64,000 nt of DNA from an uncultured Planctomycetales bacterium (GTDB lineage: Bacteria > Omnitrophota > Gorgyraeia > Zapsychrales > Fredricksoniimonadaceae): contig CAZNDZ010000003.1 in NCBI GenBank assembly GCA_964572155.1, positions 266,224 through 330,223 on the forward strand, given 5' to 3'. Within the stretch, counting starts at the first letter, position 1. Each line of letters starts with the position of its first letter. Shown piece by piece: positions 56,643 to 64,000 of the stretch. The position numbers were made by a program, and so were the translations under genes. A model generated the notes under the pieces. That model worked only from the letters and a program-made list of their open reading frames with translations. It was not told where the DNA came from and ran no database searches.

Positions 56643-59372
56643 TCATGCTTTTGCGACTATTTTCTTATGCATTTTAACGCGCAAGATTTTTTCTAACTCA
56701 ACAATCAGAAATGCCGCTACAGCAACGACAATGATCTGAAGCCAAGCAGCTAGACTAATCGGAGCTGAATGGAACAACTGATTCATAAGGGGTGAATACG
56801 TGTAAAACAATTGAACTAAAATCATGGTAATACTGCCACCAATGACCCAAGGATTCGAGAAAGGGGCAATGCTAAATATAGATTTTGTTAATGATCGACA
56901 ATTAAAAAGATAAAAAATTTCAACCATGATAATAATATTAACAACCATCGTGCGCGCCTCTGCTAAATTTGCATCATGCGCATGCTCTGCATGCCAAAAC
57001 ATACCAAACGCCCCTAGAAGCATTAGGAATGAAACTAGCAACGTGCGTAGAGATAATTCAACTGTCATAATTGGCTGATTAGGATCACGCGGGGAACGCT
57101 GCATAATATCTTTCTCTTTTGGTTCAAAAACCAGCATAAGCCCAAGAAATATGGCGGTAACCATATTGATCCAAAGTAATTGCACCGGCAAAATAGGTAA
57201 AGACATACCTGTAAAAATTGCCGTTAAAATAATCATGGCTTCCCCTAAATTGGTCGGCAATGTCCAAACGATGAATTTCGTTAAATTATCAAATATAGCC
57301 CGGCCTTCTTCAACCGCAGCCTTAATAGAACTGAAATTATCATCCGTTAACAACATATCTGAAGCACCTTTAGCCACATCAGTTCCAGTAATACCCATCG
57401 CAACACCCACATTTGATTGCTTAAGTGCCGGGGCATCATTAACACCATCACCTGTCATAGCGACCACATGACCTTTTGCCTGAAGCGCTTTGACTAATCT
57501 CAACTTCTGCTCAGGAGCAACGCGAGCAAAAACAACCAAATCATCGACAATGTCACGTAGCTGCTCATCTGAAATTTGTTCCAATTCTTTACCAGTTATG
57601 GCAGAATCTTTTTGATTAATGGAAATCTTTTCTTTTAAACCAATTTGATGAGCAATCGCAATGGCGGTGAGAATATGGTCTCCTGTAATCATTTTAACTT
57701 TAACGCCAGCCGCTTTACATTCACGTATCGCCTCAATCACCTCCTGTCTTGGAGGATCCATCATGGCTTGTAACCCTAAGAAAGTAAACCCTCCAACAGC
57801 GTCGGCATGACTAATCCTATCTTGCCCACTTGAGAACGTACGCTTGCCAAATGCCAACACTCTTAATCCATTTTTTGCCATTTCCTCACTAACTTGTAAT
57901 ATCTTTCCTTTATTAAAAGGCACTAATTCATTCTTATGATTTAATTCATCCGTACATCGTTCAATGATTTTCTCCACGGCACCTTTAATATACATTGTCT
58001 TTGAATGCCCATTCTCCGAATGATGCAATGTAGCCATATACTGATGTTCTGATTCAAAAGGGATACTGTCTAACCGCGTTAGACGGGAAACAAGTTCAGC
58101 TTGATCTAATCCACCCTTTTGAGCTGATGCAATCAATGCCCCCTCTGTTGGATCTCCTTGAACAATTAGACGCTGATTTTCTAATACCAATAAAGAATCA
58201 TTGCACACAACCCCAGAAAGCAAACATTCTCTCAAAGCAAGAGTGGATTCAATTAATGGTCGCTCATTTCCTAAAAGAATTTGACCTGTTGAATTATATC
58301 CATTTCCTGTCACAGAAAATCTCTCTTGGCCAGCATAAATCTCCTGCACTGTCATTTGATTTTCAGTCAAAGTTCCTGTCTTATCAGAACAAATAACTGT
58401 AACGCTTCCCAACGTCTCAACAGCAGGTAGTTTTCGTATGATCGCCCTCCTCTTCGCCATACGAGACACGCCAATGGCTAAAGTAATGGTCACTGCTGCC
58501 GGCAATCCTTCTGGAATAGCTCCCACTGCAAGCGCAACAGAAGCCATAAACATATCTAAATATGAATTTCCTCTAAGCACACCTATCAGAAACGTGACCA
58601 CAGCTAAACATAAAATCACATACAATAAAAGTTTGCTAAACTGCGCAATCTTCTGTGTTAACGGTGTGGATAAATCTGCCACACCAGAAGTAAGTGTTGC
58701 AATACGTCCTATTTCCGTTTTATCAGCCGTTAAACAAACCACACCTTCAGCCTGCCCATATGTAACCAACGTTCCTGCAAAAGCCATATTGGAACGATCT
58801 GCAAGCACTGTATCTTCTTTAAGATCACCTTCTTTTTTTTCTACAGCAACAGACTCACCCGTCAACGCTGATTCATCAATCTGCAAATTACGTACATAAA
58901 ACAATCTTAAATCTGCCGGAACCTTATCACCAGATTGAAGAAGAACAACATCTCCTGGAACCAAATCCTCAGAAGGAACACGTATTTTCTCTGCATTCCG
59001 TCGTACCGTTGCCTGAGTCACAACCATTTGCGCTAAAGCCTCAATAGCCTTCTCTGCCTTAGCTTCTTGTAGATAACCAACAATAGCATTAATAAACACC
59101 ACACCAAAAATCACCAAAGAATCAACAATCTCTCCTAAGTAAAACGTAATTGCAGAAGCCACAAGCAGAATATATAAAAGGGGTTGATGAAACTGCAGCA
59201 AGAAACGCATCCATTCACTCATACGTTTCGAAGGGGTCAGCTTATTGAGTCCATATACGCGTTGCCTTTCTTTGACTTGCTTAATCAGCAAACCAATCTT
59301 AATATCTGCCTGCAAGGTTTCAGCAACACTCTGAACTTTCATATGATGCCAAATGTGGTTTTCAATAACCAT
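56643..59372 (-). CDS. P2-type cation-transporting P-type ATPase (Ca2+/Mg2+-ATPase-like)
   Basis: 909 aa. [18 protein letters not shown]. 10 TM helices. No CPx motif (PEGLP in TM4 is typical of P2A). Confidence 0.85.
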   Translation of the reverse strand: MVIENHIWHHMKVQSVAETLQADIKIGLLIKQVKERQRVYGLNKLTPSKRMSEWMRFLLQFHQPLLYILLVASAITFYLGEIVDSLVIFGVVFINAIVGYLQEAKAEKAIEALAQMVVTQATVRRNAEKIRVPSEDLVPGDVVLLQSGDKVPADLRLFYVRNLQIDESALTGESVAVEKKEGDLKEDTVLADRSNMAFAGTLVTYGQAEGVVCLTADKTEIGRIATLTSGVADLSTPLTQKIAQFSKLLLYVILCLAVVTFLIGVLRGNSYLDMFMASVALAVGAIPEGLPAAVTITLAIGVSRMAKRRAIIRKLPAVETLGSVTVICSDKTGTLTENQMTVQEIYAGQERFSVTGNGYNSTGQILLGNERPLIESTLALRECLLSGVVCNDSLLVLENQRLIVQGDPTEGALIASAQKGGLDQAELVSRLTRLDSIPFESEHQYMATLHHSENGHSKTMYIKGAVEKIIERCTDELNHKNELVPFNKGKILQVSEEMAKNGLRVLAFGKRTFSSGQDRISHADAVGGFTFLGLQAMMDPPRQEVIEAIRECKAAGVKVKMITGDHILTAIAIAHQIGLKEKISINQKDSAITGKELEQISDEQLRDIVDDLVVFARVAPEQKLRLVKALQAKGHVVAMTGDGVNDAPALKQSNVGVAMGITGTDVAKGASDMLLTDDNFSSIKAAVEEGRAIFDNLTKFIVWTLPTNLGEAMIILTAIFTGMSLPILPVQLLWINMVTAIFLGLMLVFEPKEKDIMQRSPRDPNQPIMTVELSLRTLLVSFLMLLGAFGMFWHAEHAHDANLAEARTMVVNIIIMVEIFYLFNCRSLTKSIFSIAPFSNPWVIGGSITMILVQLFYTYSPLMNQLFHSAPISLAAWLQIIVVAVAAFLIVELEKILRVKMHKKIVAKA

Positions 59373-59460
59373 ACATAATCTTTCTGTTAATTCGTTTAGT
59401 TGTCTATATCTTTTGTGTATCCAACTATTTCAACACTAAGAAATAAAAAAATCAATTCAT

Positions 59461-59979
59461 CTATTCACTTTGACCAACTAAACTTTTATATGATTCTTCT
59501 TTGCCCTGCAATAAATCCTCTATCAATTGATCAATCTGCTTGGCTTCCTTAAGAATGACAATGCGAATATCTTTTTTAAGAGATAAAACTTCTTCAAATA
59601 ATTTAAGATCTGCCCCCTTGACCTTACCACCTGAGATCTGAATCTCCGTGACGACTGTTGTATAGATCTTAGCAACAAAATAAGCATCATCTAAGTAGCC
59701 AAATAAACCCAAATCTTCCTCAGAAAGATAATCCTTAGGCACATACAAATAAGTTAACAAATACGAGCCCAACTTCTTCGTGGTTGAGTTCACCTTTTCC
59801 TTCTCCCAATACCCATAAATAATGCTGATCAAATCTGGCATTAGAACAATGATCTGCTTCAACCTTTTCTCCAATATTTCTGTTGCGCGTTTACCGACCC
59901 TTTCACGTAGGATAAGATGAAATTGTCCGTCTTGATCCAAACTTAAATTCTTTAATTGATCTTTCATCGCTTTTAACAT
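59461..59979 (-). CDS. DUF1232 (YkvA-like) domain protein
   Basis: 172 aa. YLYVPKDYLSEEDLGLFGYLDDAYFV matches the DUF1232 Y-L-x-x-P-x-D-x-I-P-D...GYLDD signature. Divergent from the LysR gene. Confidence 0.45.
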   Translation of the reverse strand: MLKAMKDQLKNLSLDQDGQFHLILRERVGKRATEILEKRLKQIIVLMPDLISIIYGYWEKEKVNSTTKKLGSYLLTYLYVPKDYLSEEDLGLFGYLDDAYFVAKIYTTVVTEIQISGGKVKGADLKLFEEVLSLKKDIRIVILKEAKQIDQLIEDLLQGKEESYKSLVGQSE

Positions 59980-60117
59980 AGATCATCTCCTTTACTCTTT
60001 GAGGCTATTGACCTTATTAAAAAGAAGTAAAACTCTTCTTTCCTACATTTGAAGTGTACAGTACAATTAATACATTTGTAAAATAGATAAATATTATGTT
60101 AAACATTCATTAAAACT

Positions 60118-61029
60118 ATGATTCCTTTTAACTACCACCACCTATATTACTTCTACGTTATCGCCCAAGAAGGCTCAATTGCCAAAGCTACCCAAATACT
60201 TCACTTGGCGCAACCCACATTAAGCGCTCAATTAAAACAATTTGAACGTTTCTTAAGAACCCAGCTATTTTTAAGGGAAAATAAGAAATTAGTACTCACC
60301 GATGAGGGTCGACAGGTACTTGCTTATGCCAAAACAATTTTTGACATAGGTCAGGAGTTAAAGAATAGGATGGTTGACCTGTCGTTCAAAGGAAGGCTAA
60401 AGATACAAATCGGCATTACAAACTTTGTACCAAAAACAATCGTGGATGTTCTTCTTGATTATATGATCAAAGTTGAACCAACTGTCTATATACAGCTGGA
60501 AAAAGATAACATGAAGAAATTAATCCAAGATCTTGATGACCATCTTTTAGACTTGGTTTTAACGGATACTCCCTTTGAATCCAATCTTGGTGCAGATATT
60601 CAAAATAAATTTTTAGGGAAAATCCCCATTGTCTTTTGTGCCCATCCAAATTTGGCGAAGAAAATTAAGAAGTTTCCTCAAGACCTCAATGGACTACCCA
60701 TGCTTTTACCTGCGGCCCCAAGGCAAATGTTCTATGAACTCAAAGAATACTTTTATAAGAATAATATTAAACCTGAGGTTGTAGGAGAGATTCAAGACTT
60801 AGAAACCGTACGCCGATTGGCTTTACGAGGGCACGGGATTGCTCCAATCAATTTATTGACCATTCAAGGAGCACCTTCAAAACAAAAACTAGTCATCCTA
60901 AATAAACCATCTCAGCACTCTTTGCATGACAATATTTATTTAATAACAAAAAGAAGAAAAGTTCCTCATCCTTTAACGGACAAAATCCTAAAATCATTTC
61001 ATCTTGAAGACTATATTCAAGCAACTTGA
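60118..61029 (+). CDS. LysR-family transcriptional regulator
   Basis: 303 aa. N-terminal wHTH (LHLAQPTLSAQLKQFE) and C-terminal LysR substrate-binding domain. Confidence 0.85.
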   Translation: MIPFNYHHLYYFYVIAQEGSIAKATQILHLAQPTLSAQLKQFERFLRTQLFLRENKKLVLTDEGRQVLAYAKTIFDIGQELKNRMVDLSFKGRLKIQIGITNFVPKTIVDVLLDYMIKVEPTVYIQLEKDNMKKLIQDLDDHLLDLVLTDTPFESNLGADIQNKFLGKIPIVFCAHPNLAKKIKKFPQDLNGLPMLLPAAPRQMFYELKEYFYKNNIKPEVVGEIQDLETVRRLALRGHGIAPINLLTIQGAPSKQKLVILNKPSQHSLHDNIYLITKRRKVPHPLTDKILKSFHLEDYIQAT

Positions 61030-61062
61030 AAGTCTTCTAAAAAAAGAAACCCTAATTACTAT

Positions 61063-63969
61063 TTATTTTAAGCTTGCTAGATCCAGCCCAATCGTTCCTT
61101 CTAAACGCTTTAAATATGATGCGTCCGAAACCTTGCCAAGAGCCTTTCTTGCCATTTCAAGACGATCTTTAACCCCAAGTTGCAAAGAAGCATCATTGAA
61201 GTTCTTCATTCCAAGAAAATTCTCAAGATAAGCAACACGGCCCTGCCAATCATTTTTATCGCGAATCTGCTTAGCTTCTAATCGTTTGTGATACCAATCA
61301 CTATTCAAAACAACTTCCCTTTCAAACATAGACCTGATGTCCGGATGGTTACGACCTTTCCCTTGATACTTGCCATCGCGCATGATATAGATGAGCGCCT
61401 GCAATGGTGGACAAAGCTGCTCAAGCGATCCATCCTTAAAATAATTTTCAGCAACCCTTTGCTGTGTTCCGACCAAATTATGAATACTCTTAGCAAAAAC
61501 GTCAGGATTTTGTTTTTCTGGACACAGCATTTCTTCTGAAAAAAGGTCATTAGGATTATTAAAAATCCTACCCATGAAATGATGCACAAACTTTAAGGTA
61601 ATGCGATAACCAAGAAGACTTGCTTCAACAAACTTTCCATTTTGTTCATAATCTTCTAATTTTTCTAAGTACCCGTTTTCAATAAGCCACTTTGGATCAC
61701 GCTCTTGAACCTTCATGCGGCTCCACACCTCTGGAATAAGCAAGCTAATATCATGATCAACGCGATATTTAGGCCCAAGATAACCCGCCACAGAAGAAAA
61801 AACTACATATTTTGTTAAGATGAATGACAAAAATGCATTATTCAAGTCAATTGAAGGAAGCAATGCGTTAAAAGGACCTTTGGTTAATGCTCCCTCCGAC
61901 CCAAAACCGGTGGTTGATGGAGATTTTCCTGTAATACTACAAATAAAATCGATGAAGATCTCAGGCAGTTCCTGATAATGAATTGGGTTATACACAGCAA
62001 ATGGCGGAACATTGTTTTTACTATCTTCAGGATTATTGCGCCGCCCTGTCAATATAGCATTAACAGGAAAATAAACAGGTTTTTCATCTGGGACTTCCCG
62101 GGAAAGACGCGCCCCTACTTCAGCTAAATAGGTCTCACGATGGTTAACAAGATCAGGACGAGGCTGAAGATAGCGAGGATTTTCCGTTGGCTTTCCATTC
62201 ACAATTCTTGGCTCAGAAGGCAGCGACAAATATTTAGATTTTGAATCTTTTAAGAAAGACTTAATCAATTCTCGGACTGGTTTGGTATAAGAGCTGTACC
62301 CCACGATATCATCCTGAATATTTTGAACAGTTTCTTTTTCTAAAGGTTCAAAATTTGAAAGAAAAACACTTTTTGAAACAAGGTCATACTCCGCCTGTTT
62401 GTCATAACCTTTATGAATGCAATCATCAGGGCGCTGAAAAAGATACCTTTCACAGTTTGTGAGAATTTTGACGCTTGGGTTTTGATATTCTGGATCAAGA
62501 AAGCTTAGCTGTGCACTTGGAATAGTAATCGAGGCTGTAATATCATCCTCAACCTGAACCTTGTCAGCAGAGTGAAAATCATCCCTCAGCTTAAAAGTCC
62601 GCCAGGCTTTTTCTTCGTCTCTTCCAACACGCAAATAACTCGCCAATAGTTTTTTATTATTATATTTTAATTCGTGGCCCAAAACACCATTAACACGGTC
62701 CACCCTAAAGTGCCCCCGCCAATTCTCACCCCATGCTGGATCGTATAGACGCTTGACTGTAAAAACAACTTCCTTTATATGATCAGGTATGGCCGCAATC
62801 CACTGTGAATATTCTTTTGTATACAAATCTGAAGGGGCGAAAAGCTTGATCACAGAACCAAGAGAACGCCGTTGGTCAAGAATAGATCGGGTATCATCCG
62901 ACCGACGATTAGCATCAACAAACCGGTCTTTGAAATTGTATTTCATTATTTCATCAACATAATCCAAGTCCTTCTGATAATCAGCGACAAAAATAGAACC
63001 TTGAACCATTGCATCCCGGATGGATTTTGATATTTCAGATTTTCCTCCACCCGACACAGTGCATGGCTTATGGCAGAGAGTTCCTTCAGGAATTGTCCCG
63101 ACTAAATTCCAGTTAAGACTAAACTCTCCTTTTTCCATTCGGACTTTATAGCCGGAAGGTGAAACGTATGTATTTTGCAAAAGCAATTTAATATGCTGCT
63201 TACTATTGTTTTGTTCCCAACTAACAAGTTGTTTCGTTAAATCAAAATGTGCATTCTCTGGAACATAGATGATATCTTCATAGTTTTTATCAACACCATA
63301 GCCTTCCGGTTTGAAATCGATAAAAGATTTATGCCTTGTCTTAAGGTCAGTAAACTTTTTAGTATTTAAATCAGGGTATTGATCAAAGCGATATTCATCA
63401 CCAAGTTTATAACTAGGAAAAACAATAGCGCCGCCAGCATGCTCTTCTTCAGCCAAACCAAAAAGATTTGCTGAATAACTAATTTGAGTTTTAACCTCTT
63501 TTTTGCAATAGCCAAAATAATTGTCCGCTATTAAAGTCACCATTACTCCGCGATGGTCTCGGCATGTAATTTTAAAAGGTGTTCCTCCGTTATAAAGCTC
63601 ATTTTCATCTCTGAAACACATTTCATCTGCACGCTGTCTTTCTGTTGCATCATCATAATGCGGTAAACCTACATCCTTCTTTTTAAGCTTAAGAAGCTGA
63701 GGCGCCAGAATGACACACCCTGTATGTCCGGTCCACCCATCCATATCAAGAGCAGCATCGTTTTCTGGAAGATGAGGATCTCCCGCATTACCAAAAATAG
63801 ACTCAACAAAATCTAAATTGCTAACCAAGTTGCCGGGAGCAAAGAAACGAATTTCCATGGATTTCTCTTTGATAATGCCGGGAACTTCCGGAACAACCGT
63901 TGGGCGCAAAAATAGTGAGACAAAAAGCTCCGCCTCTTTCTCTTGGTTAGAAGTGAAAGGAAGTTTCAT
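61063..63969 (-). CDS. large conserved hypothetical cytoplasmic protein (968 aa), function unknown
   Basis: Uninterrupted 968-codon ORF. Contains a P-loop-like CTVSGGGKSEISKS segment and an ADNYFGY block. No canonical family signature that I can assign with confidence. Confidence 0.5.
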   Translation of the reverse strand: MKLPFTSNQEKEAELFVSLFLRPTVVPEVPGIIKEKSMEIRFFAPGNLVSNLDFVESIFGNAGDPHLPENDAALDMDGWTGHTGCVILAPQLLKLKKKDVGLPHYDDATERQRADEMCFRDENELYNGGTPFKITCRDHRGVMVTLIADNYFGYCKKEVKTQISYSANLFGLAEEEHAGGAIVFPSYKLGDEYRFDQYPDLNTKKFTDLKTRHKSFIDFKPEGYGVDKNYEDIIYVPENAHFDLTKQLVSWEQNNSKQHIKLLLQNTYVSPSGYKVRMEKGEFSLNWNLVGTIPEGTLCHKPCTVSGGGKSEISKSIRDAMVQGSIFVADYQKDLDYVDEIMKYNFKDRFVDANRRSDDTRSILDQRRSLGSVIKLFAPSDLYTKEYSQWIAAIPDHIKEVVFTVKRLYDPAWGENWRGHFRVDRVNGVLGHELKYNNKKLLASYLRVGRDEEKAWRTFKLRDDFHSADKVQVEDDITASITIPSAQLSFLDPEYQNPSVKILTNCERYLFQRPDDCIHKGYDKQAEYDLVSKSVFLSNFEPLEKETVQNIQDDIVGYSSYTKPVRELIKSFLKDSKSKYLSLPSEPRIVNGKPTENPRYLQPRPDLVNHRETYLAEVGARLSREVPDEKPVYFPVNAILTGRRNNPEDSKNNVPPFAVYNPIHYQELPEIFIDFICSITGKSPSTTGFGSEGALTKGPFNALLPSIDLNNAFLSFILTKYVVFSSVAGYLGPKYRVDHDISLLIPEVWSRMKVQERDPKWLIENGYLEKLEDYEQNGKFVEASLLGYRITLKFVHHFMGRIFNNPNDLFSEEMLCPEKQNPDVFAKSIHNLVGTQQRVAENYFKDGSLEQLCPPLQALIYIMRDGKYQGKGRNHPDIRSMFEREVVLNSDWYHKRLEAKQIRDKNDWQGRVAYLENFLGMKNFNDASLQLGVKDRLEMARKALGKVSDASYLKRLEGTIGLDLASLK

Positions 63970-64000
63970 AATGTCTCGAGGTGGGTGAAGCGCAGATTCA

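Noticed and set aside
1-64000. Search for CRISPR arrays, tRNA/rRNA genes, IS elements, integrases, restriction-modification or other defence genes
   Set aside because: I saw no direct-repeat/spacer arrays, no cloverleaf-like conserved tRNA boxes in intergenic regions, and no transposase, recombinase, methyltransferase or endonuclease ORFs. The window looks like core chromosome.

Overview
The window is 64 kb of AT-rich (about 40% GC) bacterial chromosome with no sign of recent mobile DNA. I found no transposase, integrase, CRISPR array, tRNA or rRNA. Gene content suggests an anaerobe or facultative anaerobe that is probably proteobacterial-like: class III ribonucleotide reductase nrdDG, pta-ackA, entericidin, ElaB/YqjD and OsmY/BON.

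Every confident gene from 122 to 40313 is on the minus strand. The features are:

- **122-3100:** DNA alkyl-repair Ogt, an SRPBCC protein and a short P1B-type ATPase with no metal-binding domain.
- **3142-9892:** the most striking locus, a tight co-directional cluster hemA -> monoheme cytochrome c -> octaheme cytochrome c -> 689-aa outer-membrane beta-barrel -> ImcH-like heptaheme inner-membrane cytochrome -> hemerythrin. This has the architecture of a porin-cytochrome trans-envelope electron conduit (Mtr/Mto/Pio/Pcc-like). Two heme motifs are non-canonical (CX3CH, CX4CH).
- **9913-23008:** upstream lie a PAS-kinase/NarL-type two-component system, nrdDG, system II cytochrome c biogenesis (ccsBA headed by a Met/His-rich lipoprotein), and an envelope-stress island (OsmY/BON, DUF1328, entericidin). 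A second PAS-HK/FixJ/REC triad follows.
- **23233-29579:** a TPR membrane protein, two DEAD-box helicases and a degenerate GIY-YIG-like pair.
- **29654-34745:** an ElaB/YqjE module, a U32 peptidase co-transcribed with a Zn-ribbon SDR, and an HPF-like ribosome hibernation factor.
- **34748-40313:** a hybrid kinase, then ackA and pta.
- **40513-48736:** an AspT/YidE transporter, lipocalin, GcdH, and a plant-like DUF547/CHI-like pair with two Cys-less LOV-like PAS proteins.
- **48733-64000:** an ArsR-less ars operon, CNNM/CorC, ABC/FtsX, a SOUL heme-binding protein, a P2-type ATPase, LysR and a 968-aa uncharacterised protein.

A conserved 18-nt motif recurs in at least three intergenic regions, with a spacing variant at a fourth and a 10-nt partial match upstream of the LysR gene. 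A perfect 16-bp palindrome sits in the pta 5' region.
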